From Candidatus Staskawiczbacteria bacterium (GTDB lineage Bacteria > Patescibacteriota > Minisyncoccia > Minisyncoccales > Staskawiczbacteraceae), in assembly GCA_903885445.1 (NCBI GenBank), contig CAISIO010000044.1:1-52707 (forward strand): DNA of 52,707 bases, read 5' to 3'. Shown piece after piece: positions 44,805-52,707 of this stretch. Made by a program: the position numbers and the translations under genes. Below the pieces are notes generated by a model. The model worked only from the letters and a program-made list of their open reading frames with translations. It was not told the origin of the DNA and ran no database searches. The number at the start of each line of letters is the position of its first letter. Within the stretch, counting starts at the first letter, position 1.

Positions 44805-45818
44805 ATGTACGATATCATTACGTTTGGGTCAGCGGCTAGGGATATTAACTTAAAATCTAAGGCGTTTAAAATAACAAAAGACGAGAAGGATTTTGTTACC
44901 GGCGAGGGGATTTGCTTGTCTTTGGGGTCTAAAATTGATATTGACGATATAAAATATACTTCCGGAGGCGGCGGGACCAACACTGCCGCTACTTTTGCAA
45001 AACAGGGGTTTAAAACAGCCTTTTGCGGAGCAATTGGAGCTGATGAGGCGGGATTGCATATTGTGAAAGAATTAAGGGCGTTTAGAATTGATGTAAGATT
45101 GTTGCAGAAAAGGAAGGAAAAGGCGACGAATCAGTCTGTTATAATATCCAGCACGGGAGAGGATAGGACTATATTGGCATACAGAGGGGCCTCGGAACTT
45201 TTAGATAAAAATACTATTCCTTGGAATAAGCTAAAAACAAAGTGGATTTATCTAGCGCCCTTGTCTGGTTTATTGTGCGACACTTTTGAAGATATTGTAA
45301 ATTTTGCTTATGAAAATAAAATAAAAATTGCCGTAAATCCGTCGAAACAGCAGTTGTCTTTGCCCGAAGCGCAATTGAAAAGAATTTTTGATAAAATTGA
45401 CATTTTGTTTTTAAACCAGGAGGAGGCATCTTTTTTAACAAAAATTTCTTTTTATAACGAATCTGAAATATTCAAAAAAATAGATGAAATGTGCCACGGA
45501 ATCGCGGTTATGACCAAGGGGGGAGAAGGGGTTACGGCTTCAGACGGGAAATATTTATATTCGGCTATGCCGAATCCTGACAGAAAAATTGTTGATACAA
45601 CGGGCGCGGGAGATTCGTTCGCGTCAGGATTTTTGTCAGATTTTATTCGGTATAACGGCGACATAGAAAAATCAATTCAATTGGGTTTGGCAAACTCGGA
45701 GGCAAACCTTGCGCAGGTCGGAGCTAAAGCCGGGCTTTTGGAAAAAGATTCAAAATTTGTTGGTGTGCCGGTGAGGAAAGAAGAATGCGGAAAAAATAAT
45801 TTGTGTATTCAAAAATAG
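44805..45818 (+). CDS. PfkB-family carbohydrate kinase
   Basis: SGGGGTNTAATFAKQG and DTTGAGDSFASGFL. The ATG at 44805 is preferred over the TTG at 44796. Confidence 0.85.
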   Translation: MYDIITFGSAARDINLKSKAFKITKDEKDFVTGEGICLSLGSKIDIDDIKYTSGGGGTNTAATFAKQGFKTAFCGAIGADEAGLHIVKELRAFRIDVRLLQKRKEKATNQSVIISSTGEDRTILAYRGASELLDKNTIPWNKLKTKWIYLAPLSGLLCDTFEDIVNFAYENKIKIAVNPSKQQLSLPEAQLKRIFDKIDILFLNQEEASFLTKISFYNESEIFKKIDEMCHGIAVMTKGGEGVTASDGKYLYSAMPNPDRKIVDTTGAGDSFASGFLSDFIRYNGDIEKSIQLGLANSEANLAQVGAKAGLLEKDSKFVGVPVRKEECGKNNLCIQK

Positions 45819-45822
45819 ATAT

Positions 45823-46689
45823 ATGACAAATATTAAAAAGTATCTAGAAAAAGCGCAGGAAGAAAAGTGGGCGATGGGGCAGTTTAATTTTTCTGATTTT
45901 ACCCAGATGAAAGCGGTTTGCGAGGCGGCAGTAACCGCAAAGTCACCGGTTATTTTGGGGACCTCGGAAGGTGAAAGTAGGTTTTTCGGCTTACAGGAAG
46001 CCGTGGCCTTGAGAGATGTTTTTAAGAAAAAATTAGGATTGCCGGCTTTCTTGAATTTAGACCACGGAAAAAGCTTTGAATATTTGAAAGAAGCAATTGA
46101 CGCGGGATATGACATGGTGCACTTTGACGGATCAAAATTACCGCTGGAAGAGAATATAAAACTCACAAAAGAAGTTGTAAAATACGCAAAGAAAAAAGGA
46201 GTCACGGTTGAGGGAGAGGTCGGCAGGATAGGAACCGATTCTTCAAAACTTTATTCAGAGAAGTTTGAGATAAAAGAGGAAGATTTAACTAAACCCGACG
46301 AAGCGCAGAGGTTTGTAAAAGAAACGGGAGTTGATTTATTAGCGGTTTCAATTGGAAACTTTCATGGAATTGAAGCTTCGGGAATTGATCCAAACTTAAG
46401 GCTGGATTCGCTCAAACAAATTGCCGGAAAAATAAGCGGAACTGCATTAGTTTTACATGGAGGCTCGGGAACGCCGGAAGACGACATAAGAGAAGCCATA
46501 AAACTTGGAATTATTAAGATAAATATAAATACGGAGATAAGGTTGGCGTTCGCCGGTAACCTCCGCAGGTTCTTGGACAATAATAAAGACGAAATTGTCC
46601 CCTATAAATTTTTACTGGACGCTAAAAATTCAGTTGAAAAGCTCGCCGGCCGCAAGATAGGATTATTCGGCAGCGCCGGCAGGATTTGA
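45823..46689 (+). CDS. fba: class II fructose-bisphosphate aldolase
   Basis: LNLDHGKS, MVHFDGS, VEGEVG and LVLHGGSG. Confidence 0.88.
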   Translation: MTNIKKYLEKAQEEKWAMGQFNFSDFTQMKAVCEAAVTAKSPVILGTSEGESRFFGLQEAVALRDVFKKKLGLPAFLNLDHGKSFEYLKEAIDAGYDMVHFDGSKLPLEENIKLTKEVVKYAKKKGVTVEGEVGRIGTDSSKLYSEKFEIKEEDLTKPDEAQRFVKETGVDLLAVSIGNFHGIEASGIDPNLRLDSLKQIAGKISGTALVLHGGSGTPEDDIREAIKLGIIKININTEIRLAFAGNLRRFLDNNKDEIVPYKFLLDAKNSVEKLAGRKIGLFGSAGRI

Positions 46690-46747
46690 GCGTAACGCTT
46701 TACAATTTCAGGTAAATATACTAATATATAAACATTACAAAATAAAC

Positions 46748-46960
46748 ATGGCTAAGATAAAATTAGAAAGAGAAAAATGCATAGGGTGCGGATCGTGCCA
46801 GGCGCTATGCCCAAAGTATTTTGAGTTAATTGACGATGGAAAATCGCACATCAAAGAGGCAACAAAACAAGATATAGAGGAATTAGAAGTTGAAAAAATA
46901 GAATGCGCAGAGTCGGCCGCAGAGGCATGTCCGTCACAGTGCATTCACATAGAGAAGTAA
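46748..46960 (+). CDS. small single-cluster [4Fe-4S] ferredoxin
   Basis: CIGCGSCQALCP ... AEACPSQCI. Confidence 0.8.
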   Translation: MAKIKLEREKCIGCGSCQALCPKYFELIDDGKSHIKEATKQDIEELEVEKIECAESAAEACPSQCIHIEK

Positions 46961-46969
46961 AAACTATTT

Positions 46970-47638
46970 ATGATCAAATTATCAGCAAAAATTAGAAAAG
47001 AAATGGGCAGAAAGACAAATGCCCTTAAAGAATCCGGCAGAATTCCGGCTGTTGTTTACGGCCACAAAATAAAAAACGTTATGCTGGATGTGGACTACAA
47101 AGAATTTCAGAAGGTTTACAGCAAGGCGGGCGTGAACTCTTTGATTGAGATTGACGTTGATGGAGAGAAAGAAAAAAAGATTGTTCTTGTGCACGACTAT
47201 CAAAGAGACCCGATTTCCGACAAGTTTATACACATTGATTTTTTTGAGACATCGGCGAAAGAAGAAGTTGAGGTGAAAATTCCAATAATTCTTGAAGGAA
47301 CATCTCTGGCGGTAAAAGATTTAGGTGGAACTTTAATTAAAAATATAGCAGAATTGCACGTTAAGGCCTTGCCCCAGAATTTACCGCACGAGATTAGAAT
47401 TTCCATTGACGGGTTGAAAACATTCGCAGACCATATTTTGGTGAAAGATTTGCCTTTGCCAAAAGACGTTAAGGTTTTGGCAAAACCGGAAGAAATTGTT
47501 GTTTCTGTGGCCCAGCCTGCCAAAGTTGAAGAGGAATTAGCAAAAGAAATTGAAGAAAAAGTTGAAGATGTCGAGAAGGTGGAAAAGGAAAAGAAAGTTG
47601 AGGATGTGGTTGAAGAAACGAAAGAAGAGAAAAAATAG
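46970..47638 (+). CDS. rplY: 50S ribosomal protein L25/general stress protein Ctc
   Basis: GRKTNALKESGRIPAVVYG, two-domain length, acidic Glu/Lys tail. Confidence 0.88.
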   Translation: MIKLSAKIRKEMGRKTNALKESGRIPAVVYGHKIKNVMLDVDYKEFQKVYSKAGVNSLIEIDVDGEKEKKIVLVHDYQRDPISDKFIHIDFFETSAKEEVEVKIPIILEGTSLAVKDLGGTLIKNIAELHVKALPQNLPHEIRISIDGLKTFADHILVKDLPLPKDVKVLAKPEEIVVSVAQPAKVEEELAKEIEEKVEDVEKVEKEKKVEDVVEETKEEKK

Positions 47639-47646
47639 AAGATTGA

Positions 47647-47679
47647 AACAGCCCTGTGTAAAAACGGGGTTGTTTTTTT
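47647..47679 (+). terminator. intrinsic terminator after rplY
   Basis: AACAGCCCTG-tgtaaaaa-CGGGGTTGTT (10 bp, 2 G-U) followed by a T-tract. Confidence 0.65.
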
Positions 47680-47711
47680 GGGTAAATAAGCGATAATACA
47701 GATATAATTTG

Positions 47712-49130
47712 ATGAAAAGATATTTATTGTTTTTATTGGTTTTTTGTCTTGCTTGGTTTTGTTTGCCTGCCGGCAGGCAGGTTTTAGCTGAAGACCTGGG
47801 AACGCAATGCGCGGCAATTTCTGAATCAACTACAGGATGCCCTAATGTGAGCGCGGCGGATTGTAAGGTTTTGTTGCAAAAATGCGCGGATTATTACGAC
47901 CAGCAATCAACCCAGCTGGCTGCAGACCTTACAAAAACTTCAGCGCAAAAAAACACTTTACAGAATGCGATTTCGAAACTTAAAAAAAAAATACAGGGGT
48001 TGGAGGCGGATATAAGCAAGGGGAATATTATGGTGAAAGACCTGAATGTGCAAATATCCGACACGCAACTTTCCATAAATAAAACCGCCGAGCAAATAGA
48101 GAGTTCGCAAAATCAGGTTGCAACTATTTTACGATCTGTTTACGAGGAAGATCAAAAGCCCTCGTTTGTTATTATGTTGGAGGGCAATCTTTCTGATTTT
48201 TTCAGCAATTTGGCGTATTTAGACGGGCTTAATTCAAAGGTTAGCGATCTTTTGGATAATACGAAAAATTTAAAGGGATATCTTGAGGCTCAACAGGTGA
48301 AAATGGGCGATAATGTTGACCAGTTGCAAAAAACCATTGCCTTGCAGACATTGCAGAAAAATGAAAATGCAAAAAATCAGCAACAGCAGAATCAGTATCT
48401 AAAACTTACCGAGGCGCAGTACCAACAGCAATTGGCTGATAAAAAAGTTGCCGAACAAAAGTCAGCAAAAATAAAAGCGCAGCTTTTTCAAATGGTTGGA
48501 GTCTCTAAAGTTCCTACATTTGGCGAGGCACTGGTGGTGGCGCAAAATGTTTCGAGTCTGGTAAGTATAAGGCCAGCTTTTCTTTTGGCGATAATAAGTC
48601 AGGAATCGGCAATCGGCCAAAATGTTGGGCAGTGCGTGCTGGTAGACTCAGCCACAGGAGCTGGAAAGAAAATTTCAACAGGAACGGCGATAGCGAGAGT
48701 AATGAAGCCGGGGAGAGATACGGCGCCATTTATACAAATTACGACCGCATTAGGAAAGGATCCATATAACACACCTGTTTCTTGTTGGATACCCGCTTAT
48801 GTGAAGGGCGTACCCACGGGCTGGGGCGGGGCAATGGGGCCGGCGCAATTTATCGCATCAACATGGAATTTATTTGCTGACAGACTAAAAGCTTTGTTAG
48901 GCCAAACCGCCGATCCCTGGGCGATAAGAGACTCTTTCACCGCATCGGCATTATATTTGTCAGATTTGGGCGCTTCCGCACAAACTGCTGCCGCAGAGAG
49001 CAGGGCGGCGGCTAAATATTATGGAGCTGCGGGTGCGTATAACAGCATGGTTATGCGAAGGGCAACCTGCATCCAAACCTTTATTGATAGTGGTACAATG
49101 TCCACCGATTGCCAGAATCTAATTTTTTAA
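47712..49130 (+). CDS. secreted coiled-coil protein with C-terminal lytic-transglycosylase-like domain
   Basis: Signal peptide MKRYLLFLLVFCLAWFCLPAGRQVLA|ED. About 230 aa is Gln/Lys-rich coiled coil. LLAIISQESAIGQNVGQC carries a catalytic E-S-type motif, and ...GAMGPAQFI follows. Confidence 0.7.
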   Translation: MKRYLLFLLVFCLAWFCLPAGRQVLAEDLGTQCAAISESTTGCPNVSAADCKVLLQKCADYYDQQSTQLAADLTKTSAQKNTLQNAISKLKKKIQGLEADISKGNIMVKDLNVQISDTQLSINKTAEQIESSQNQVATILRSVYEEDQKPSFVIMLEGNLSDFFSNLAYLDGLNSKVSDLLDNTKNLKGYLEAQQVKMGDNVDQLQKTIALQTLQKNENAKNQQQQNQYLKLTEAQYQQQLADKKVAEQKSAKIKAQLFQMVGVSKVPTFGEALVVAQNVSSLVSIRPAFLLAIISQESAIGQNVGQCVLVDSATGAGKKISTGTAIARVMKPGRDTAPFIQITTALGKDPYNTPVSCWIPAYVKGVPTGWGGAMGPAQFIASTWNLFADRLKALLGQTADPWAIRDSFTASALYLSDLGASAQTAAAESRAAAKYYGAAGAYNSMVMRRATCIQTFIDSGTMSTDCQNLIF

Positions 49131-49142
49131 TTTTTTGTAAAT

Positions 49143-49169
49143 AAAAAGCAGACGCAACGTCCGCTTTTT
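49143..49169. terminator. bidirectional terminator between convergent genes
   Basis: AAAAA-GCAGACG-caa-CGTCCGC-TTTTT. Confidence 0.55.
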
Positions 49170-49989
49170 ATTTACTTTCTTGTTTGTCGGATTTTTTCAT
49201 AGCCTTTATTATAGGTTCTAAATCTCCATCAACTATTACTTCCAGGTTATGCCATGACTTGTCTATACGGTGGTCTGTGATTCTATTTTGAGGATAATTG
49301 TAGGTTCTAATTTTCTCCGAGCGTTTTGCCCAGCCGATTTGGTCTCGTCTTTCGGCTGTTAATTTGGATAAATCTGATTCTTCTTGCCTTGCCAGAAGTC
49401 GAGCCGCCAAAAGTGTCATGGCCGTTTCTCTGTTTTGTAATTGGTTTCTTTCCGATTGACAGGTTACCACAAGCCCCGATGGTTTATGCGTGATTCTAAT
49501 TGCAGACTCTGTTTTGTTGACATATTGTCCGCCTGGCCCGGATGATTTATATGTATCAACCTGCAAATCTGCCGGATTTATGTTTATTTCGGTTTTTTTA
49601 GGTTTTAGCAAAACCGCCACAGTTGCTGTTGAAGTGTGGACTCTGCCTTGTTTTTCTGTCGCGGGAATTCTTTGAACCCTGTGAACTCCGCCTTCGTTTT
49701 GTAATTCGTCATAAACTCCGGGACCAGCCAATTCAAAAACAATTTCTTTGTATCCGCCAATTGTTGTTCTGTTTGAGTCTATAACTCTTTCTTTCCAGCC
49801 TTTTGTCTGGCCGTACCGTGAATACATTCTGTGCAAATCGCGCGCAAAAAGTCCGGCTTCGTCTCCGCCTTGCCCCGCGCGTATCTCAAGAATCGCAGCC
49901 TGTTTTTCAGTCTTTTCTTCCTCCTCAGGAATCTCCGGCTTATAATTTTTCCAGTCCTCGGCAGTAAATTTTGAGAAATCCTGTTCCAT
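49168..49989 (-). CDS. prfA: peptide chain release factor 1 lacking the N-terminal domain 1
   Basis: LEIRAGQGGDEAGLFARDL, RIPATEKQGRVHTS (the PxT codon-recognition motif of RF1) and SSGPGGQYVNKTESAIRITH (GGQ). 273 aa, against about 360 in E. coli RF1. Confidence 0.85.
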   Translation of the reverse strand: MEQDFSKFTAEDWKNYKPEIPEEEEKTEKQAAILEIRAGQGGDEAGLFARDLHRMYSRYGQTKGWKERVIDSNRTTIGGYKEIVFELAGPGVYDELQNEGGVHRVQRIPATEKQGRVHTSTATVAVLLKPKKTEININPADLQVDTYKSSGPGGQYVNKTESAIRITHKPSGLVVTCQSERNQLQNRETAMTLLAARLLARQEESDLSKLTAERRDQIGWAKRSEKIRTYNYPQNRITDHRIDKSWHNLEVIVDGDLEPIIKAMKKSDKQESK

Positions 49990-50104
49990 AAAAAAATAAT
50001 AGCATAAATCCTTGCTTTTGAAAAGTTATTAGCACAACTATTGCCAGCAATTAAAAAATATGTTAATATTCTAAATATACAAAATTCATATTTAAACCAA
50101 AAAC

Positions 50105-50359
50105 ATGAAAGAGGGAATTCATCCAAAATATTATCCGAAAGCTTCAGTCCGCTGCGCGTGCGGGAATAATTTTACTGTAGGCTCGGCAAAGGAATTTATT
50201 GAGACAGAAGTTTGCGCCAAGTGCCATCCTTTCTATACAAAACAGGAAAAGGTCATGGACACATTAGGAAGAGTTCAGAAGTTTAAGGAAAGAGCATCTA
50301 AAAAATCAGCAACAGTTAAAAGAGTTAAAAATCCAAGAGCAAGGAAAGGAGAAAAATAA
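50105..50359 (+). CDS. rpmE: 50S ribosomal protein L31
   Basis: MKEGIHPKYY...CACGN...CAKCHPFYT. Confidence 0.92.
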   Translation: MKEGIHPKYYPKASVRCACGNNFTVGSAKEFIETEVCAKCHPFYTKQEKVMDTLGRVQKFKERASKKSATVKRVKNPRARKGEK

Positions 50360-50364
50360 TAATA

Positions 50365-50456
50365 GGGGAGTGAAAGTCTTGCCAGCCAGGACTTGTGCCT
50401 CCGGGAAGTTCGCGCTCGCGCCCTTTCTGGTAAGCATACAATCTTCTCAAAAATAA
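50365..50456 (+). promoter_or_regulatory. GC-rich structured leader upstream of rpsB (candidate autoregulatory RNA or uORF)
   Basis: 62 % GC over 71 nt. Hairpin AGTCTTG-ccagc-CAGGACT. Second helix CCGGGAAG/CTTTCTGG enclosing GCG-ctcg-CGC. GGGGAG lies 8 nt before a TTG-initiated 25-codon frame ending TAA directly before the rpsB ATG. Confidence 0.4.
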
Positions 50457-51158
50457 ATGTTAAAAGATATTAAGTTGTCGGTGGAGGAAATGGAAAAGGC
50501 GGGTGTTAATTTTGGGCATAAGGTTTCCAAATTGCATCCTAAAATGAAACAGTATGTTTCGGGCATGAAAAATAACGTGCACCTTTTTGATTTGGAAAAG
50601 ACCGCTAACGAATTGGAAAAGGCATTGGCCTATGTGTCGAGAATTGTTTCTGAAGGAAAATCAATAATTTTTGTTGGCACAAAAATTCAGATGAAGGCAG
50701 TCGTGCAACAGGGAGCGGTAGAATGCGGAGTTCCGTATGTTACAGAAAGATGGCTTGGAGGAACATTTACAAACTTTGAAACAATCCAGAAAAGAGTTAG
50801 TTATTTCAAAGATTTGGAAAGAAAAAAAGAAACCGGAGACTTGGCAAAATATACAAAGAAGGAACAGTTGGATTTTGATAAAGAAATAGCTAAATTAAAG
50901 GTAAAATTTGAGGGAGTGAGAAATATGTCTAAATTGCCCGATGCTGTAATTATCTTCGGATTAGATAAAGATATTACTTGCGCCAGGGAAGCTAAGAGAA
51001 AAGGTATTAAAATTGTTGCGATTGTTGACACAAATGTCAATCCGGATATTGTGGATTATCCAATTCCGGCCAACGATGATGCAATTTCCTCAGTTCGTTA
51101 TATAATGGATACTATAAAGGAGGTTATAATAAATTCAAAAAATACTTCTTCAAAATAA
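50457..51158 (+). CDS. rpsB: 30S ribosomal protein S2
   Basis: EEMEKAGVNFGHKVSKLHPKMKQYV and VDTNVNPDIVDYPIPANDDA. Confidence 0.95.
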   Translation: MLKDIKLSVEEMEKAGVNFGHKVSKLHPKMKQYVSGMKNNVHLFDLEKTANELEKALAYVSRIVSEGKSIIFVGTKIQMKAVVQQGAVECGVPYVTERWLGGTFTNFETIQKRVSYFKDLERKKETGDLAKYTKKEQLDFDKEIAKLKVKFEGVRNMSKLPDAVIIFGLDKDITCAREAKRKGIKIVAIVDTNVNPDIVDYPIPANDDAISSVRYIMDTIKEVIINSKNTSSK

Positions 51159-51742
51159 TGGTAACTATAGACCAAATAAAGCAACTAAGAGAAGAAACAG
51201 GAGTTTCTTTAATAGAAGTAAAAAAAGCGCTGGAGGAATCCAAGGGTGATGCTGAAAAAGCGAGAGATTTATTAAGAATCTGGGGAAAGAAAGTATTCGA
51301 GAAAAAGACATCAAGAGAAACAAAATCCGGTTTGGTAGAAACCTATTTGCACTCAAGCGGGAAAACCGGCGTATTGCTTGATATAAGGTGTGAAACTGAT
51401 TTTGTTGCCAAGGGACCTGATTTTAAGACCTTAGCCCACGAAATTTGCTTGCAGATTGCGGCAATGAAGCCGTTATTTGTTTCCGAAAAAGATATTCCCG
51501 AAGAGCTTTTAGAAAGCGAAAAGAAAATCTACGAGGAACAGACGAAAGAATCAGGAAAGCCGGAAAAAATAGCCAAACAAATAATAGAAGGAAAATTAAG
51601 TAAATATAAAGCAGAAGTTTCCTTGTTGTCGCAGGTTTGGATAAAAGACGATTCCAAAACCATAAAGGGTATCATTGAAGATGCGACAGCAAAAGTGGGG
51701 GAGAAGATTGAGGTTAAGAGATTTGCGAGGTACGAAATATAG
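51158..51742 (+). CDS. tsf: translation elongation factor Ts (short form)
   Basis: IKQLREETGVSLIEVKKALEESKGDAEKA; follows rpsB. Confidence 0.92.
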   Translation: MVTIDQIKQLREETGVSLIEVKKALEESKGDAEKARDLLRIWGKKVFEKKTSRETKSGLVETYLHSSGKTGVLLDIRCETDFVAKGPDFKTLAHEICLQIAAMKPLFVSEKDIPEELLESEKKIYEEQTKESGKPEKIAKQIIEGKLSKYKAEVSLLSQVWIKDDSKTIKGIIEDATAKVGEKIEVKRFARYEI

Positions 51743-51753
51743 TTTCTAATTTT

Positions 51754-52056
51754 ATGGTTGAATTAATTTTCTCTATAATTTTTGTCTTAAGTTTTGGAGG
51801 AGTATTATTTATTTTGGCCAGGAAAATTCCGGTTTTAACTTCGTTGCCGCAAAACGGAACCACAGGCATAAGGAAGCATAGAATTATTTTAAACACAGAG
51901 AATAAAATAAAAGAAGTGGCGGTTTTGTTTGAAAAACAGATATTTTTACACAAATTCTTGTCGTGGGTTAAAGTGATGACATTGAAAATAGAAACAAGGA
52001 TTGATCATAGTTTGCACAAAATAAGAAAAAAAGCTCAGCAAGCAGGAAAAAAATAA
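51754..52056 (+). CDS. hypothetical small membrane protein
   Basis: 100-aa ORF with N-terminal TM helix LIFSIIFVLSFGGVLFILA and a basic tail. Confidence 0.5.
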   Translation: MVELIFSIIFVLSFGGVLFILARKIPVLTSLPQNGTTGIRKHRIILNTENKIKEVAVLFEKQIFLHKFLSWVKVMTLKIETRIDHSLHKIRKKAQQAGKK

Positions 52057-52060
52057 ATTC

Positions 52061-52132
52061 GCCGGTGTAGCTCAGTGGTAGAGCAACGCTTTTGTAAAGC
52101 GTGGGTCGAGGGTTCGAATCCTTTCACCGGCT
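52061..52132 (+). tRNA. tRNA-Thr (anticodon UGU)
   Basis: Cloverleaf with GCCGGTG/CACCGGC acceptor, ACGCT-TTTGTAA-AGCGT anticodon arm and GAGGG-TTCGAAT-CCTTT T arm. Confidence 0.88.
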
Positions 52133-52140
52133 CAAGGGTA

Positions 52141-52168
52141 TTGACAAGGATTTATTTCCGAGTAAGAT
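52141..52168 (+). promoter_or_regulatory. sigma70-like promoter downstream of tRNA-Thr
   Basis: TTGACA 52141-52146, 16-nt spacer, TAAGAT 52163-52168. Confidence 0.5.
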
Positions 52169-52301
52169 GTATAGTACAGGATAGAAAAGTTAATTTAAAT
52201 AAAAAACTAAATTAATTTACACAATTTAAACTTTTGTAAATTTTTATACAAAAGATATAAACAGCCTTCTATAGATATTCTGTAAGAAGGGTGCAAGAAC
52301 G

Positions 52302-52348
52302 TCCGCGAGAGTATTTTAGAAATAGAATATTTTCGCGGGTGTTTTTTT
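52302..52348 (+). terminator. strong intrinsic terminator in the tRNA-Thr/16S spacer
   Basis: A 13-bp stem (52303-52315 with 52326-52338, 2 G-U) followed by gtg and TTTTTTT. Confidence 0.65.
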
Positions 52349-52593
52349 CAGAAAGGACAGTACGGAAAGAAATTTGATAAATAATCCCGCCAAGTTTTTC
52401 AAGAAGGCTTGGCCGGGTAAATAATGAGCCAGATTTTAAAACCATTTTAAAATCTGACAATAAGTAAACAACCATAAATAACCAAAATTAGTTTTTTAAA
52501 GTTGTTTCGAATTAGATTGAAATTTTCAAAAAGAAAAAAGTAAATCACACATTAGTAGTTTATTCTATAGCATAGATTCAAACGTCAAATGTT

Positions 52594-52707
52594 TTATTTG
52601 AGAGTTTGATCCTAGCTCAGGGTGAACGCTGGTAACGTGGATACCGGCATGCAAGTCACGGGGGCCGCAAGGCAACCGGCGAACGGCTTAGTAACACGTG
52701 GGTACAT
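52594..52707 (+). rRNA. rrs: 16S ribosomal RNA, 5' end (continues past window)
   Basis: AGAGTTTGATCCTAGCTCAG at 52601 (universal 8F region), then ...GAACGCTGG...CATGCAAGTC...AGTAACACGTGGGTA. Confidence 0.93.

Noticed and set aside
52269-52475. 68-aa minus-strand ORF in the tRNA-Thr/16S spacer
   Set aside because: It spans the strong + strand terminator hairpin and rRNA leader structures. It has no SD or promoter, and its composition is typical of non-coding AT-rich spacer.
1-52707. Search for CRISPR arrays, IS elements, transposases, integrases, prophage genes, reverse transcriptases or retrons
   Set aside because: No regularly spaced direct repeats and no ORF with recognisable transposase, integrase, RT or phage-structural motifs were seen by eye. 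The only multi-copy elements noticed are short terminator-type hairpins and the 19/20-nt palindrome reported above.

Overview
This is a gene-dense, low-GC bacterial chromosome segment (hand counts about 30-45 % GC per 60-nt line), almost entirely on the + strand. It starts inside the spc/alpha ribosomal superoperon: rplE'-rpsN(type Z)-rpsH-rplF-rplR-rpsE-rplO-secY, adk-map, infA-rpmJ-rpsM-rpsK-rpsD-rpoA-rplQ-rplM-rpsI. Next come envelope, division and translation genes (murA, two mreB, holB, frr, rseP, proS, gatCA, tRNA-Ile, metK), a small accessory patch (27.8-31.7 kb) and ftsZ. A glycolysis/acetate block follows: galU, trxB, eno, gpmA, gap, pduL-ackA-kinase-ppsA-pfkB-fba. The window ends with rplY, a minus-strand prfA, rpmE, rpsB-tsf, tRNA-Thr and the 5' end of 16S rRNA. 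The missing rpmD, short enzymes, N-terminal extensions on ribosomal proteins and mostly SD-less start contexts fit a reduced CPR/Patescibacteria-type genome; that assignment is inference only. I saw no CRISPR array, transposase, integrase or phage gene. The most unusual signal is three short GC-rich (about 55-63 %) promoter-SD-ORF-terminator cassettes, each sitting just behind the terminator of a housekeeping unit (after secY, rpsI and gap). They encode four small proteins, one of them an acyl-carrier-protein fold whose phosphopantetheine serine is Gln. Other notable points are an in-frame TAA inside rpsI, an RF1 lacking domain 1, a MurA with Asp at the fosfomycin-target Cys position, and an FtsZ with a lysine-rich N-terminal extension. 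There is also a GC-rich structured leader with a possible uORF before rpsB, a promoter-plus-terminator unit between tRNA-Thr and 16S, and a 19/20-nt GC palindrome present twice. All coordinates and motifs were read by eye; no database search was possible.
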